The notes beneath the pieces were generated by a model, which did no database searches, was not told the origin of the DNA, and saw only the letters and a list, made by a program, of their open reading frames with translations. From the sequence record SRR2962707_3714: DNA of 43,948 nucleotides. One strand, written 5' to 3'. The translations under genes were made by a program, and so were the position numbers. Positions 36,710 to 43,948 of the stretch are shown piece by piece. Position 1 is the stretch's first letter. Every line of letters begins with the position of its first letter.

Positions 36710-37573
36710 ATGACCCGCACCGTTTACCTAAACGGAGAGTATCTGCCCGAAACAGAAGCCAAGGTTTCGATTTTTGACCGTGCGTTTTTGATGGCGGATG
36801 GTGTCTACGAAGTGACATCGGTTTTGGGTGGAAAGCTGATTGATTTTGAAGGCCATGCCGTGCGTCTGCAACGGTCGCTGGGCGAACTGGATATGCCGGT
36901 TCCCTGCACCATGGATGAACTTCTGGAAATTCACCGGGAATTGGTGCGCGTCAACGAGATCGATGAAGGTATGATTTATCTTCAGATCACGCGTGGTGCC
37001 CCAGATGATCGGGACTTCGTTTTCCCGGACCCGGAAACAACCAAACCAACCATTGTATTGTTTACGCAAAACAAGCCCGGTTTGGCAGACAGTCCTGCGT
37101 CGAAAAAAGGCATCAAAGTCATTAGCATCGAAGATGTCCGCTGGGGCCGGCGCGATATCAAAACCGTTCAGCTTCTGTACCCCTCGATGGGGAAGATGAT
37201 GGCGAAAAAGGCCGGCGCAGATGATGCTTGGATGGTCGAGGATGGCTTTGTCACCGAAGGCACATCCAACAACGCCTATATTATTAAGGGCAACAAGATC
37301 ATTACGCGGGCGCTGTCGAATGACATCTTGCATGGGATCACCCGTGCCGCCGTTCTGCGTTTTGCACGTGAAGCACAGATGGAAGTAGAAGAGCGGAATT
37401 TCACGATTGCCGAAGCACAGGACGCGGACGAAGCCTTTATCACTTCGGCATCGACTTTTGTGATGCCTGTGGTCGAGATTGACGGCGCGACTTTGGGAGA
37501 CGGGACACCCGGCGCCCGGTCGCTGCGGTTGCGCGAAATCTATCTGGACGAAAGCCGTAAGGCCGCCGTCTGA
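36710..37573 (+). CDS. dat: D-amino-acid aminotransferase (PLP fold type IV)
   Basis: DRAFLMADGVYEV, YLQITRG, RWGRRDIKTVQLL, TEGTSNN, LHGITR. Confidence 0.92.
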   Translation: MTRTVYLNGEYLPETEAKVSIFDRAFLMADGVYEVTSVLGGKLIDFEGHAVRLQRSLGELDMPVPCTMDELLEIHRELVRVNEIDEGMIYLQITRGAPDDRDFVFPDPETTKPTIVLFTQNKPGLADSPASKKGIKVISIEDVRWGRRDIKTVQLLYPSMGKMMAKKAGADDAWMVEDGFVTEGTSNNAYIIKGNKIITRALSNDILHGITRAAVLRFAREAQMEVEERNFTIAEAQDADEAFITSASTFVMPVVEIDGATLGDGTPGARSLRLREIYLDESRKAAV

Positions 37574-37576
37574 TGA

Positions 37577-37609
37577 AAACCGGGCGCTGTTTCACGCAGC
37601 GCCCGTTTG
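37577..37609. terminator. Hairpin between convergent dat and dioxygenase genes
   Basis: CGGGCGCTG-tttcacg-CAGCGCCCG. Confidence 0.7.
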
Positions 37610-37612
37610 CTT

Positions 37613-38410
37613 TTAGCCAAAGCGATAACTGGAGGCGGTGACACCGCCAAAGATATCGTCCTCGTGATAGGTCCGGGTGGCGATATCGCCTTCGGCCGCG
37701 CCGAGCGCGGCAAAAATGGGCACAAAGTGGTCTTCTTGGGCGTGGCAGTCACGTGCATGGGGCGCGCTTTCCCAATCCATCAAGGCGGCCGTCCGTTCTG
37801 CTGAAGGGAGGGCAAGCGTCTCGTTCAGCCAGCTGTCAAACGCCATCGAAGGGACTTTCGCGCCGGGGCCAAAGGCCCGCAAATTGTGGTACGACAGCCC
37901 CGATCCGATGATCAGCACGCCCTCATCGCGCAAAGGGGCCAAGGCCCGTCCGATGCGGAAATGCTCTTCTGGGTCATAGTTTTTGCGGATGGATACCTGA
38001 AATAGCGGAATATCGGCGTCTGGGTATAATATGGCCATAGGAACAAAGGTCCCGTGATCATAACCCTGTGTTTCGTTCAGCTCTACCGGCAGACCGGTTT
38101 CCTTTAGCAAGGCTGCGGTTCTTTCAGCCAGGTCAGGCGCACCCGGCGACGGGTAGGTGACTTCATAGGTATGCTGCGGAAAGTTGTAATAGTCGTAGAC
38201 CATGGGTGGGTGTGCGGCATGCATAACCGAAACGTTGTCCGTTTCCCAATGGCCAGAGATCATCAAGATTGCCTTGGGACGCTCAGGCAATTCGTCGGGC
38301 ATACGAAGAAAAGACTCTTCGAGCTTCGCAAAGACGCGGCGACGATCTTCCATCCAGGGCCAAGGGCCGCCACCGTGGGATATGTAATAGGTTGGCATGC
38401 GTCTTTTCAT
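37613..38410 (-). CDS. DODA-type (LigB family, class III) extradiol ring-cleavage dioxygenase
   Basis: ISHGGGP, ISGHWE, YDYYNFP, GYDHG, GSGLSYHNL, H..EDH. Confidence 0.92.
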   Translation of the reverse strand: MKRRMPTYYISHGGGPWPWMEDRRRVFAKLEESFLRMPDELPERPKAILMISGHWETDNVSVMHAAHPPMVYDYYNFPQHTYEVTYPSPGAPDLAERTAALLKETGLPVELNETQGYDHGTFVPMAILYPDADIPLFQVSIRKNYDPEEHFRIGRALAPLRDEGVLIIGSGLSYHNLRAFGPGAKVPSMAFDSWLNETLALPSAERTAALMDWESAPHARDCHAQEDHFVPIFAALGAAEGDIATRTYHEDDIFGGVTASSYRFG

Positions 38411-38463
38411 CAGTCCCGCTCCTTACAGTGAGGTCTTTCACTCCTGACCCAATCTAGAGAGTC

Positions 38464-38478
38464 TGAAACGCACTTTCA
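38464..38478. promoter_or_regulatory. Palindrome TGAAA-N5-TTTCA (LysR-type recognition site candidate)
   Basis: About 55 bp upstream of the dioxygenase ATG. Confidence 0.45.
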
Positions 38479-38667
38479 CCCGCTATAATTTTTCAGCGTC
38501 TGTGCATTTTCGCGCAGAAGTTTGCCCCATCTTAGTAAAGCTGCCGATCTGCGCAGTTGTCGCTTGAGTCTCAAGTGAGTGGGTGTGTACGGCGTCCGAG
38601 TGTCAGTTTTGGAGATTTCCGAAGTTTCGCTTAATCTGAACCCAGAAATCGTGCGGGAGGAATAGGA

Positions 38668-39228
38668 GTGAAACAGTATTCAGTCGAGAAATATGTTCGT
38701 GACATTCGCGAAATTGTGGCGGAAGAACGTGATATCGTGGCAATCACAGATCGAATTAAGCCACTCGCCCTCAGGCTGGCCTCAGATCCAAGCTGGTTCG
38801 AAGACCGGTATCGATTTACGGATCCGGAACAGGGTGTTGGACTGCATTTGTTGCACGAAGAAGAGAACCACGATCTTGCGGTTTTTGCTATCGCGTGGGC
38901 TCCGGGTAAAGGTGTCGCTGCGCATAATCACAAAACCTGGGCAGTTGTGTCAGGGATCGAGGGGCAAGAGCACGAAACCAATTACAAGCGCTTGGACGAT
39001 GGATCCAAACCGGGTTTTGCCGACCTCAAGGCCACACATGAGGAAACGCTCTATCCGGGAACAGCAGTTTGTTGCTTGCCAGATGACATTCACAGCGTAG
39101 TCAACAACGGTGAGATGGTGGCAGTTTCACTTCACACCTACGGACGGCATCTGAATTACACGGGGCGGTCAACGTTTGATGTGAAAGCAAAGACAGAAAT
39201 GCCGTTGATTCTTAAGGTCGAAGAATAA
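38668..39228 (+). CDS. Cysteine/thiol dioxygenase-like cupin protein
   Basis: WAPG....HNHKTWAVV.G..G.E, DIHSV.N, SLHTYG; AGGAG/GGAGG RBS before GTG. Confidence 0.82.
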   Translation: MKQYSVEKYVRDIREIVAEERDIVAITDRIKPLALRLASDPSWFEDRYRFTDPEQGVGLHLLHEEENHDLAVFAIAWAPGKGVAAHNHKTWAVVSGIEGQEHETNYKRLDDGSKPGFADLKATHEETLYPGTAVCCLPDDIHSVVNNGEMVAVSLHTYGRHLNYTGRSTFDVKAKTEMPLILKVEE

Positions 39229-39422
39229 CTCTTCATCTCCAATACTCGCTAACGGTCGTTGAACTGGGGTTCACAGAGGTCTGTTTTGGCACGCACATAA
39301 CGCATTGGTGAACCCGCTTTGACCGGCAAGAAACTGTGTCTCTTGCACGGTCTGGTTCAAATTACGTGGCACTCTGCTCTAGGGCGCTCTTTTCCTTGCC
39401 ATAGTTTTACGCATGCCGCCCA

Positions 39423-39740
39423 TCACTTCTTTTCGTTGAGGACATTCTCTTTGAACGCGACTTCAAAGGCGGCCTGTTTCTCTGGGCTGGCGTCTGTTTG
39501 GTTCTGAGCGCGCCATTCATCAAAGGGCATCCCATAAAAGGCTTCGCGTCCTTCGGCTTTTGTCATTTCGATGCCTTTTTCGTTGGCCGCTTCTTGGTAC
39601 CAGCGCGACAGGCAGTTGCGGCAGAACCCTGTGAGGTTCATCATGTCGATGTTTTGGACGTCAGGACGATCTTCCATCAAATGTTTCTGGAGCCGACGAA
39701 AAGCGGCGGCTTCGAGTTCGAGACGAGTCTGTGCGTCCAT
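39423..39740 (-). CDS. DUF1244 family protein
   Basis: EAAAFRRL..HL, DVQNIDMMNLTGFCRNCLSRWY, YGMPFDEW. Confidence 0.92.
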   Translation of the reverse strand: MDAQTRLELEAAAFRRLQKHLMEDRPDVQNIDMMNLTGFCRNCLSRWYQEAANEKGIEMTKAEGREAFYGMPFDEWRAQNQTDASPEKQAAFEVAFKENVLNEKK

Positions 39741-39761
39741 GATAAATGTCCTCTATTTCAT

Positions 39762-40499
39762 CTAGTCGGCAACCTGTGCCAATGATCTTACAAGTAGTGT
39801 CGCAAGCCGCTTACCCCAAGCGTCTTGCTGCCCAGGGTCTTCGATAAGATCGTTCCGAAGTTCAATCAATACATTCAAGCGCCCATGATGTAAGGCGTGT
39901 TTGTCGATTGCGTCGCCGGGCAGGTGGCCGTGATAGGGCTCGTTTCGACCCGTGCAAATGTCTGGTTCTTTGTTCAATTCTGCAATCACCGGGTCAGCCA
40001 GACGTGCATCATAGGCATGCAAAATGCCGACATGCCAAGGGCGGCTTGGGCGACCCCGCAATTGTGGTGTGAAACTGTGTACCGCTACGATGACCGTATC
40101 GTCCTGTCGGGCGGCAAGCGCGTCTAGCTCTCTGTGGTATGGGCGGTAATAGGCGTCCAGGCGACGTTGTTTTTCCGCATCGTCCGCATGTCTGTTTCCG
40201 GGAATAATCGTGCCGTCGTAAAGGCGCATCAGCAGCGTCGGATCCTGTTCTCCCCGATTGGGGTCAATGACCAAGCGCGAAAAATTGGACAAAATAGCCG
40301 GGCAATCCAAAGCATTGGCCAGCGCTCGGCTAACACCGGCAGCACCAATATCATAGGCGATGTGGCGGGCCATATCTGCCTCAGGTAAACCCAGCGTACC
40401 TCCGAGTTCCGGGGGAACTGTGTTGGCCGCATGATCGCAAGTGACCAGCCAACGGCTTTGCCGATCGTTGCCGAAAGTGTTAAATGGTGTGTATGTCAT
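39762..40499 (-). CDS. N-formylglutamate amidohydrolase family protein
   Basis: CDHA, HIAYDIG, FSRLVIDPNR, YYRPYH, HSFTP, NEPY, IELRNDLI. Confidence 0.92.
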   Translation of the reverse strand: MTYTPFNTFGNDRQSRWLVTCDHAANTVPPELGGTLGLPEADMARHIAYDIGAAGVSRALANALDCPAILSNFSRLVIDPNRGEQDPTLLMRLYDGTIIPGNRHADDAEKQRRLDAYYRPYHRELDALAARQDDTVIVAVHSFTPQLRGRPSRPWHVGILHAYDARLADPVIAELNKEPDICTGRNEPYHGHLPGDAIDKHALHHGRLNVLIELRNDLIEDPGQQDAWGKRLATLLVRSLAQVAD

Positions 40500-40641
40500 T
40501 GCTCTGTCATCTCTGTTGGTCACTAGATAGAGCAGTTGCGCAATGAAGTGAAATGAGCAATAAGGCATACAACCGTTAGCGATAACATTACGATGCACCG
40601 TGGTGGTAAAACCTATTTACCGCGCGAGAGGGGATGACAGC

Positions 40642-42087
40642 ATGAGACGTATGCGAAATGTAAAGATTGTGGCGACCTTGGGTCCGGCTTCCGATGACTA
40701 CGAGATGATTCGCAAGTTGCATGAAGCGGGCGCCGATGTGTTCCGGCTCAACATGAGCCATGGGACACATGACGAGTTGCGAGTGCGTCACGCCATCATT
40801 CGCCAAGTTGAAAAAGATCTCGACAGCACAATTGGCATCTTGGCTGACCTTCAGGGACCGAAATTGCGTGTCGGTGTATTTGCCAACGGATCAGAAGAAT
40901 TGGTCGAAGGTGCCGCGTTCCGTCTTGATTTGGATGATGCAGAAGGTGATCTGAACCGCGTACAGCTGCCGCATCCTGAGATTTTTGCCGCGCTGACAGC
41001 CGGGTCTCACCTGTTGGTGAACGACGGAAAAATCCGCCTGAAAGTGGAAGATTATGGCGCTGACTATGCAAATTGCTCGGTTATCACTGGCGGTACGATT
41101 TCGAACCGTAAGGGCGTAAACGTTCCGGACGTTGTTCTGCCGCTCGCAGCATTGTCGGAAAAAGACCGTAAAGATCTTGAATTCGCCTGTTCCCTTGGTG
41201 TGGACTGGTTGGCGCTGAGCTTTGTACAGCGCCCTGAGGATGTGACCGAAGCAAGAGAGCTTTGTGGTGGACGCGCGGCGATCCTGTCAAAAATTGAAAA
41301 GCCGTCGGCTGTTTCTGCTTTTGATTCGATTTTGGCGGTAAGTGATGGAATCATGGTGGCACGCGGCGATCTGGGTGTTGAATTGCCCGTTCAGAACGTA
41401 CCCCCGATTCAGAAACGACTGATCCGTAAGTGTCGTGCTGCCGCGAAGCCGGTAATCGTTGCGACACAGATGTTGGAATCGATGATCGAATCGCCGATGC
41501 CAACACGCGCCGAAGTTTCTGACGTTGCCAATGCCATTTATGAAGGTGCGGATGCGATTATGTTGTCTGCTGAATCGGCTGCTGGCGATTACCCTATCGA
41601 AGCCGTAACGACGATGGACAACGTGGCTGTCGAAGTCGAAAGCGACGAGACATACCGCTCGGTTATTGAAGCCTCTCGTTGGGCTAAGCGCGAAACTGTT
41701 GCAGACGGGATCGTTGCTGCAGCGCGTGAAATTGCGGAAACCACAAGCGTCAAGGCCATCTGCTGTTTCACTCAATCGGGGACTACGGCAGCGCTGGTCG
41801 CTCGCGAACGTCCTCGGGTGCCGATCATTGCGATGACCTCTCAGCGGGGTACAGCGCGTCGTCTTGCACTGACCTGGGGGACACAATGCGTCATGACCGG
41901 TCAAATGGAGCGATTTAAGCAAGCGGTTGTCAGTGCTGCTCGGGCGGCGCGCCAATTGGATTATGCTGACGAGACCGACCTGATCCTTGTAACCGCTGGT
42001 GTGCCTTTTAACACAACCGGGACAACAAACATTCTGCGGGTCGCCCCGTGTGATGAGAGTTTGATCTATAGCACCGACCCGGAGTAA
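40642..42087 (+). CDS. pyk: Pyruvate kinase
   Basis: KIVATLGPAS, RLNMSHG, DLQGPK, SKIEK, MVARGDLGVE, ATQMLESM. Confidence 0.98.
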   Translation: MRRMRNVKIVATLGPASDDYEMIRKLHEAGADVFRLNMSHGTHDELRVRHAIIRQVEKDLDSTIGILADLQGPKLRVGVFANGSEELVEGAAFRLDLDDAEGDLNRVQLPHPEIFAALTAGSHLLVNDGKIRLKVEDYGADYANCSVITGGTISNRKGVNVPDVVLPLAALSEKDRKDLEFACSLGVDWLALSFVQRPEDVTEARELCGGRAAILSKIEKPSAVSAFDSILAVSDGIMVARGDLGVELPVQNVPPIQKRLIRKCRAAAKPVIVATQMLESMIESPMPTRAEVSDVANAIYEGADAIMLSAESAAGDYPIEAVTTMDNVAVEVESDETYRSVIEASRWAKRETVADGIVAAAREIAETTSVKAICCFTQSGTTAALVARERPRVPIIAMTSQRGTARRLALTWGTQCVMTGQMERFKQAVVSAARAARQLDYADETDLILVTAGVPFNTTGTTNILRVAPCDESLIYSTDPE

Positions 42088-42117
42088 CGTGAGGCCACTT
42101 ACATAGTGGGTGGTTTT

Positions 42118-42351
42118 ATGGATCCTGATACAGCGTTGATTTTTGGGATGGGACTAATTGTCTTGTCCGTACCTTCCCTGATCGCCGCATGGAGTGATGG
42201 CCGCGCCCCGAGGGTTGCGGCCATTATATTATTGGCTGGTGCTGGCATTGGGTACTATGCACTGCGACAGAAAGAAGGTGGGTATACTTGGTCGGATATC
42301 CCCAACGTGCTCTACACTTTCATTGCTCAGGCCATGAACGCGGTTTTATAG
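42118..42351 (+). CDS. Small membrane protein (conserved hypothetical upstream of rpmI)
   Basis: MDPD.AL..G, SDGRAPR, GGY...DIP; two hydrophobic segments. Confidence 0.8.
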   Translation: MDPDTALIFGMGLIVLSVPSLIAAWSDGRAPRVAAIILLAGAGIGYYALRQKEGGYTWSDIPNVLYTFIAQAMNAVL

Positions 42352-42480
42352 GTGCCGAAAGCAGCTGAAAGCTATTGCTTATTCTTTTGCGTGTTCGTAT
42401 ACGACGCGCTCCAACTGCGCGGCCGGCCGAAGTGGCATGCCGAGTCGCGCTTCACCGTTGAGAACGTATAGGAGACGGAA

Positions 42481-42681
42481 ATGCCCAAGATGAAGACAAA
42501 ATCGAGCTGCAAAAAGCGGTTCAAAGTTACGGCGAATGGTCGTGTAAAAGCAGGTCAGGCTGGCAAACGCCACGGCATGATCAAGCGCACAACCAAGTTC
42601 ATCCGCGATGCGCGCGGTACAACCACACTGTCGGCTCCTGATGAGAAAATCATCAAGTCGATGATGCCCTACTCGCGCTAA
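42481..42681 (+). CDS. rpmI: 50S ribosomal protein L35
   Basis: [20 protein letters not shown]. Confidence 0.99.
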   Translation: MPKMKTKSSCKKRFKVTANGRVKAGQAGKRHGMIKRTTKFIRDARGTTTLSAPDEKIIKSMMPYSR

Positions 42682-42694
42682 GGAGGACTGACAT

Positions 42695-43063
42695 ATGTCT
42701 CGCGTAAAAGGTGGTGTAACAACACACGCTCGTCACAAGAAGGTCATCAAGGCAGCGAAAGGCTATTACGGCCGTCGCAAGAATACCTTCAAAGTTGCCC
42801 GTCAAGCCGTCGACAAGGCAAACCAGTACGCAACCCGCGACCGGAAAGCCCGCAAGCGGAGCTTCCGCGCGCTGTGGATCCAGCGGATCAACGCGGCTGT
42901 TCGTTTGAACGACGAAGCACTGACATACTCGCGATTTATCAACGGCCTGAATCTTGCGGGCATTGAAGTTGATCGCAAGGTTCTGGCCGATCTGGCCGTT
43001 CACGAGCCTGCAGCCTTTGCTGCGATCGTGGACCAGGCCAAGGCAGCATTGCCTGCGGCTTAA
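42695..43063 (+). CDS. rplT: 50S ribosomal protein L20
   Basis: [35 protein letters not shown]. Confidence 0.99.
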   Translation: MSRVKGGVTTHARHKKVIKAAKGYYGRRKNTFKVARQAVDKANQYATRDRKARKRSFRALWIQRINAAVRLNDEALTYSRFINGLNLAGIEVDRKVLADLAVHEPAAFAAIVDQAKAALPAA

Positions 43064-43087
43064 ACCTTAGATCCGTTATTGGATTTG

Positions 43088-43119
43088 AACGCCGCAGGCC
43101 CCGGGTCTGCGGCGTTTTT
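43088..43119 (+). terminator. Terminator after rplT
   Basis: AACGCCGCAGGCC-ccg-GGTCTGCGGCGTT-TTT. Confidence 0.88.
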
Positions 43120-43265
43120 CTGTTTAAGACCCCTTGATCTAGCGGTGCGCGCCGGTGCCCGGCGCGCGCAGGAATAGCCCGGTTCCGCCTTCGGCAGAAT
43201 CCGGGCGGGTTGCGCCCCTTGACCGTGGTCGGTACTGAGGCGTTAAGCGAATTTCGGAGGATCAG

Positions 43266-43948
43266 ATGGACGATCTGCGCCAAAAGTATATCGAATTGAT
43301 CACCGCTGCCGGTGACGAAAGCGCGTTGGAAGATCTGCGCGTTCAAGCCGTTGGCAAAAAGGGTGAAATCAGTCTGCAAATGCGCGGTCTGGGTAAAATG
43401 ACACCAGAGGAACGGCAGATTGCCGGTCCCAAGCTGAACGCGCTGAAGGACGAGATTAACTCGGCTCTGGCGGCCAAGAAAGAAGCCCTGGCCGATGCCG
43501 CGCTGGATGAGCGTTTGCGCACAGAATGGCTGGACGTCACTTTGCCGGGACGGCAGCGCGGTGCGGGATCGATCCACCCGATCAGCCAAGTCACCGAAGA
43601 AGTCACCGCTATTCTGGCGGATATGGGATTTGCCGTGGCCGAAGGCCCGCAAATTGACAGCGACTGGTACAATTTCGACGCGCTGAACATTCCGGGGCAT
43701 CACCCAGCACGGGCCGAAATGGACACGTTCTACATGCACCGCGCAGAGGGCGATGACCGTCCGCCGCATGTGTTGCGCACGCACACAAGCCCGGTTCAGA
43801 TCCGCCATATGGAAAAGCACGGCGCGCCGTGTCGCATTATTGCGCCGGGTCGGGTGTATCGCGCGGATTACGACCAGACACACACGCCGATGTTCAACCA
43901 AGTAGAAGGGCTGGCGATCGACAAAGACATCTCGATGGCGAACCTGAA
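43266..43948 (+). CDS. pheS: Phenylalanine-tRNA ligase alpha subunit (3' end beyond window)
   Basis: Manual translation MDDLRQKY...[64 protein letters not shown]. Confidence 0.98.
   Translation, partial: MDDLRQKYIELITAAGDESALEDLRVQAVGKKGEISLQMRGLGKMTPEERQIAGPKLNALKDEINSALAAKKEALADAALDERLRTEWLDVTLPGRQRGAGSIHPISQVTEEVTAILADMGFAVAEGPQIDSDWYNFDALNIPGHHPARAEMDTFYMHRAEGDDRPPHVLRTHTSPVQIRHMEKHGAPCRIIAPGRVYRADYDQTHTPMFNQVEGLAIDKDISMANL

Noticed and set aside
39229-39422. TGGCAC hexamers (sigma54-like) and a 62-aa ORF between convergent genes
   Set aside because: No TTGC at the -12 position, no downstream gene to drive, and the ORF lacks an RBS
42939-43901. 320-aa minus-strand ORF
   Set aside because: Shadow of pheS, whose real frame is missing from the track only because it runs off the window
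1-43948. CRISPR arrays, tRNA/rRNA, transposases, integrases, phage or defence genes
   Set aside because: None seen; all long ORFs are assigned and the intergenic gaps show no such patterns

Overview
Chromosomal segment of a Roseobacter-group (Rhodobacteraceae) alphaproteobacterium, judged from gene content and order. It is mostly core genes: trxB, lrp, pgeF-midA-lgt, ubiK, phaAB, ispB/ispE, rpsD, hisC-tyrC, porin, yggS, ribA, cenR plus a SorX-like sRNA, xth, cnoX, mcl1, dgcNA-dat, pyk and rpmI-rplT-pheS. Small accessory insertions are a QorR/QorB pair, an orphan GT4, a polar-amino-acid ABC cluster without an ATPase, DUF6653 and two dioxygenases. I saw no tRNA, rRNA, CRISPR array, IS element or prophage. 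The most striking unannotated structure is at 2310-3240 (minus strand). It is a tandemly duplicated unit of [44-bp promoter-like block with 11-bp-phased GCC repeats, RBS, very basic microprotein with motif RFxKSVxKTSK-x6-PWxR, hairpin], encoding 46-aa and 30-aa paralogues. The second unit runs through a structured leader into a Hint-domain gene that lacks the catalytic Cys1. Other notable signals are a perfect FNR box before the SorX-like sRNA, abutting LexA-like and CtrA boxes before the EAL gene, a CGCAA-N5-TTGCG motif shared by lrp, phaB and mcl1/dgcN, and structured leaders before rpsD and rpmI. All calls come from reading the sequence and recalled family knowledge; no searches were run.
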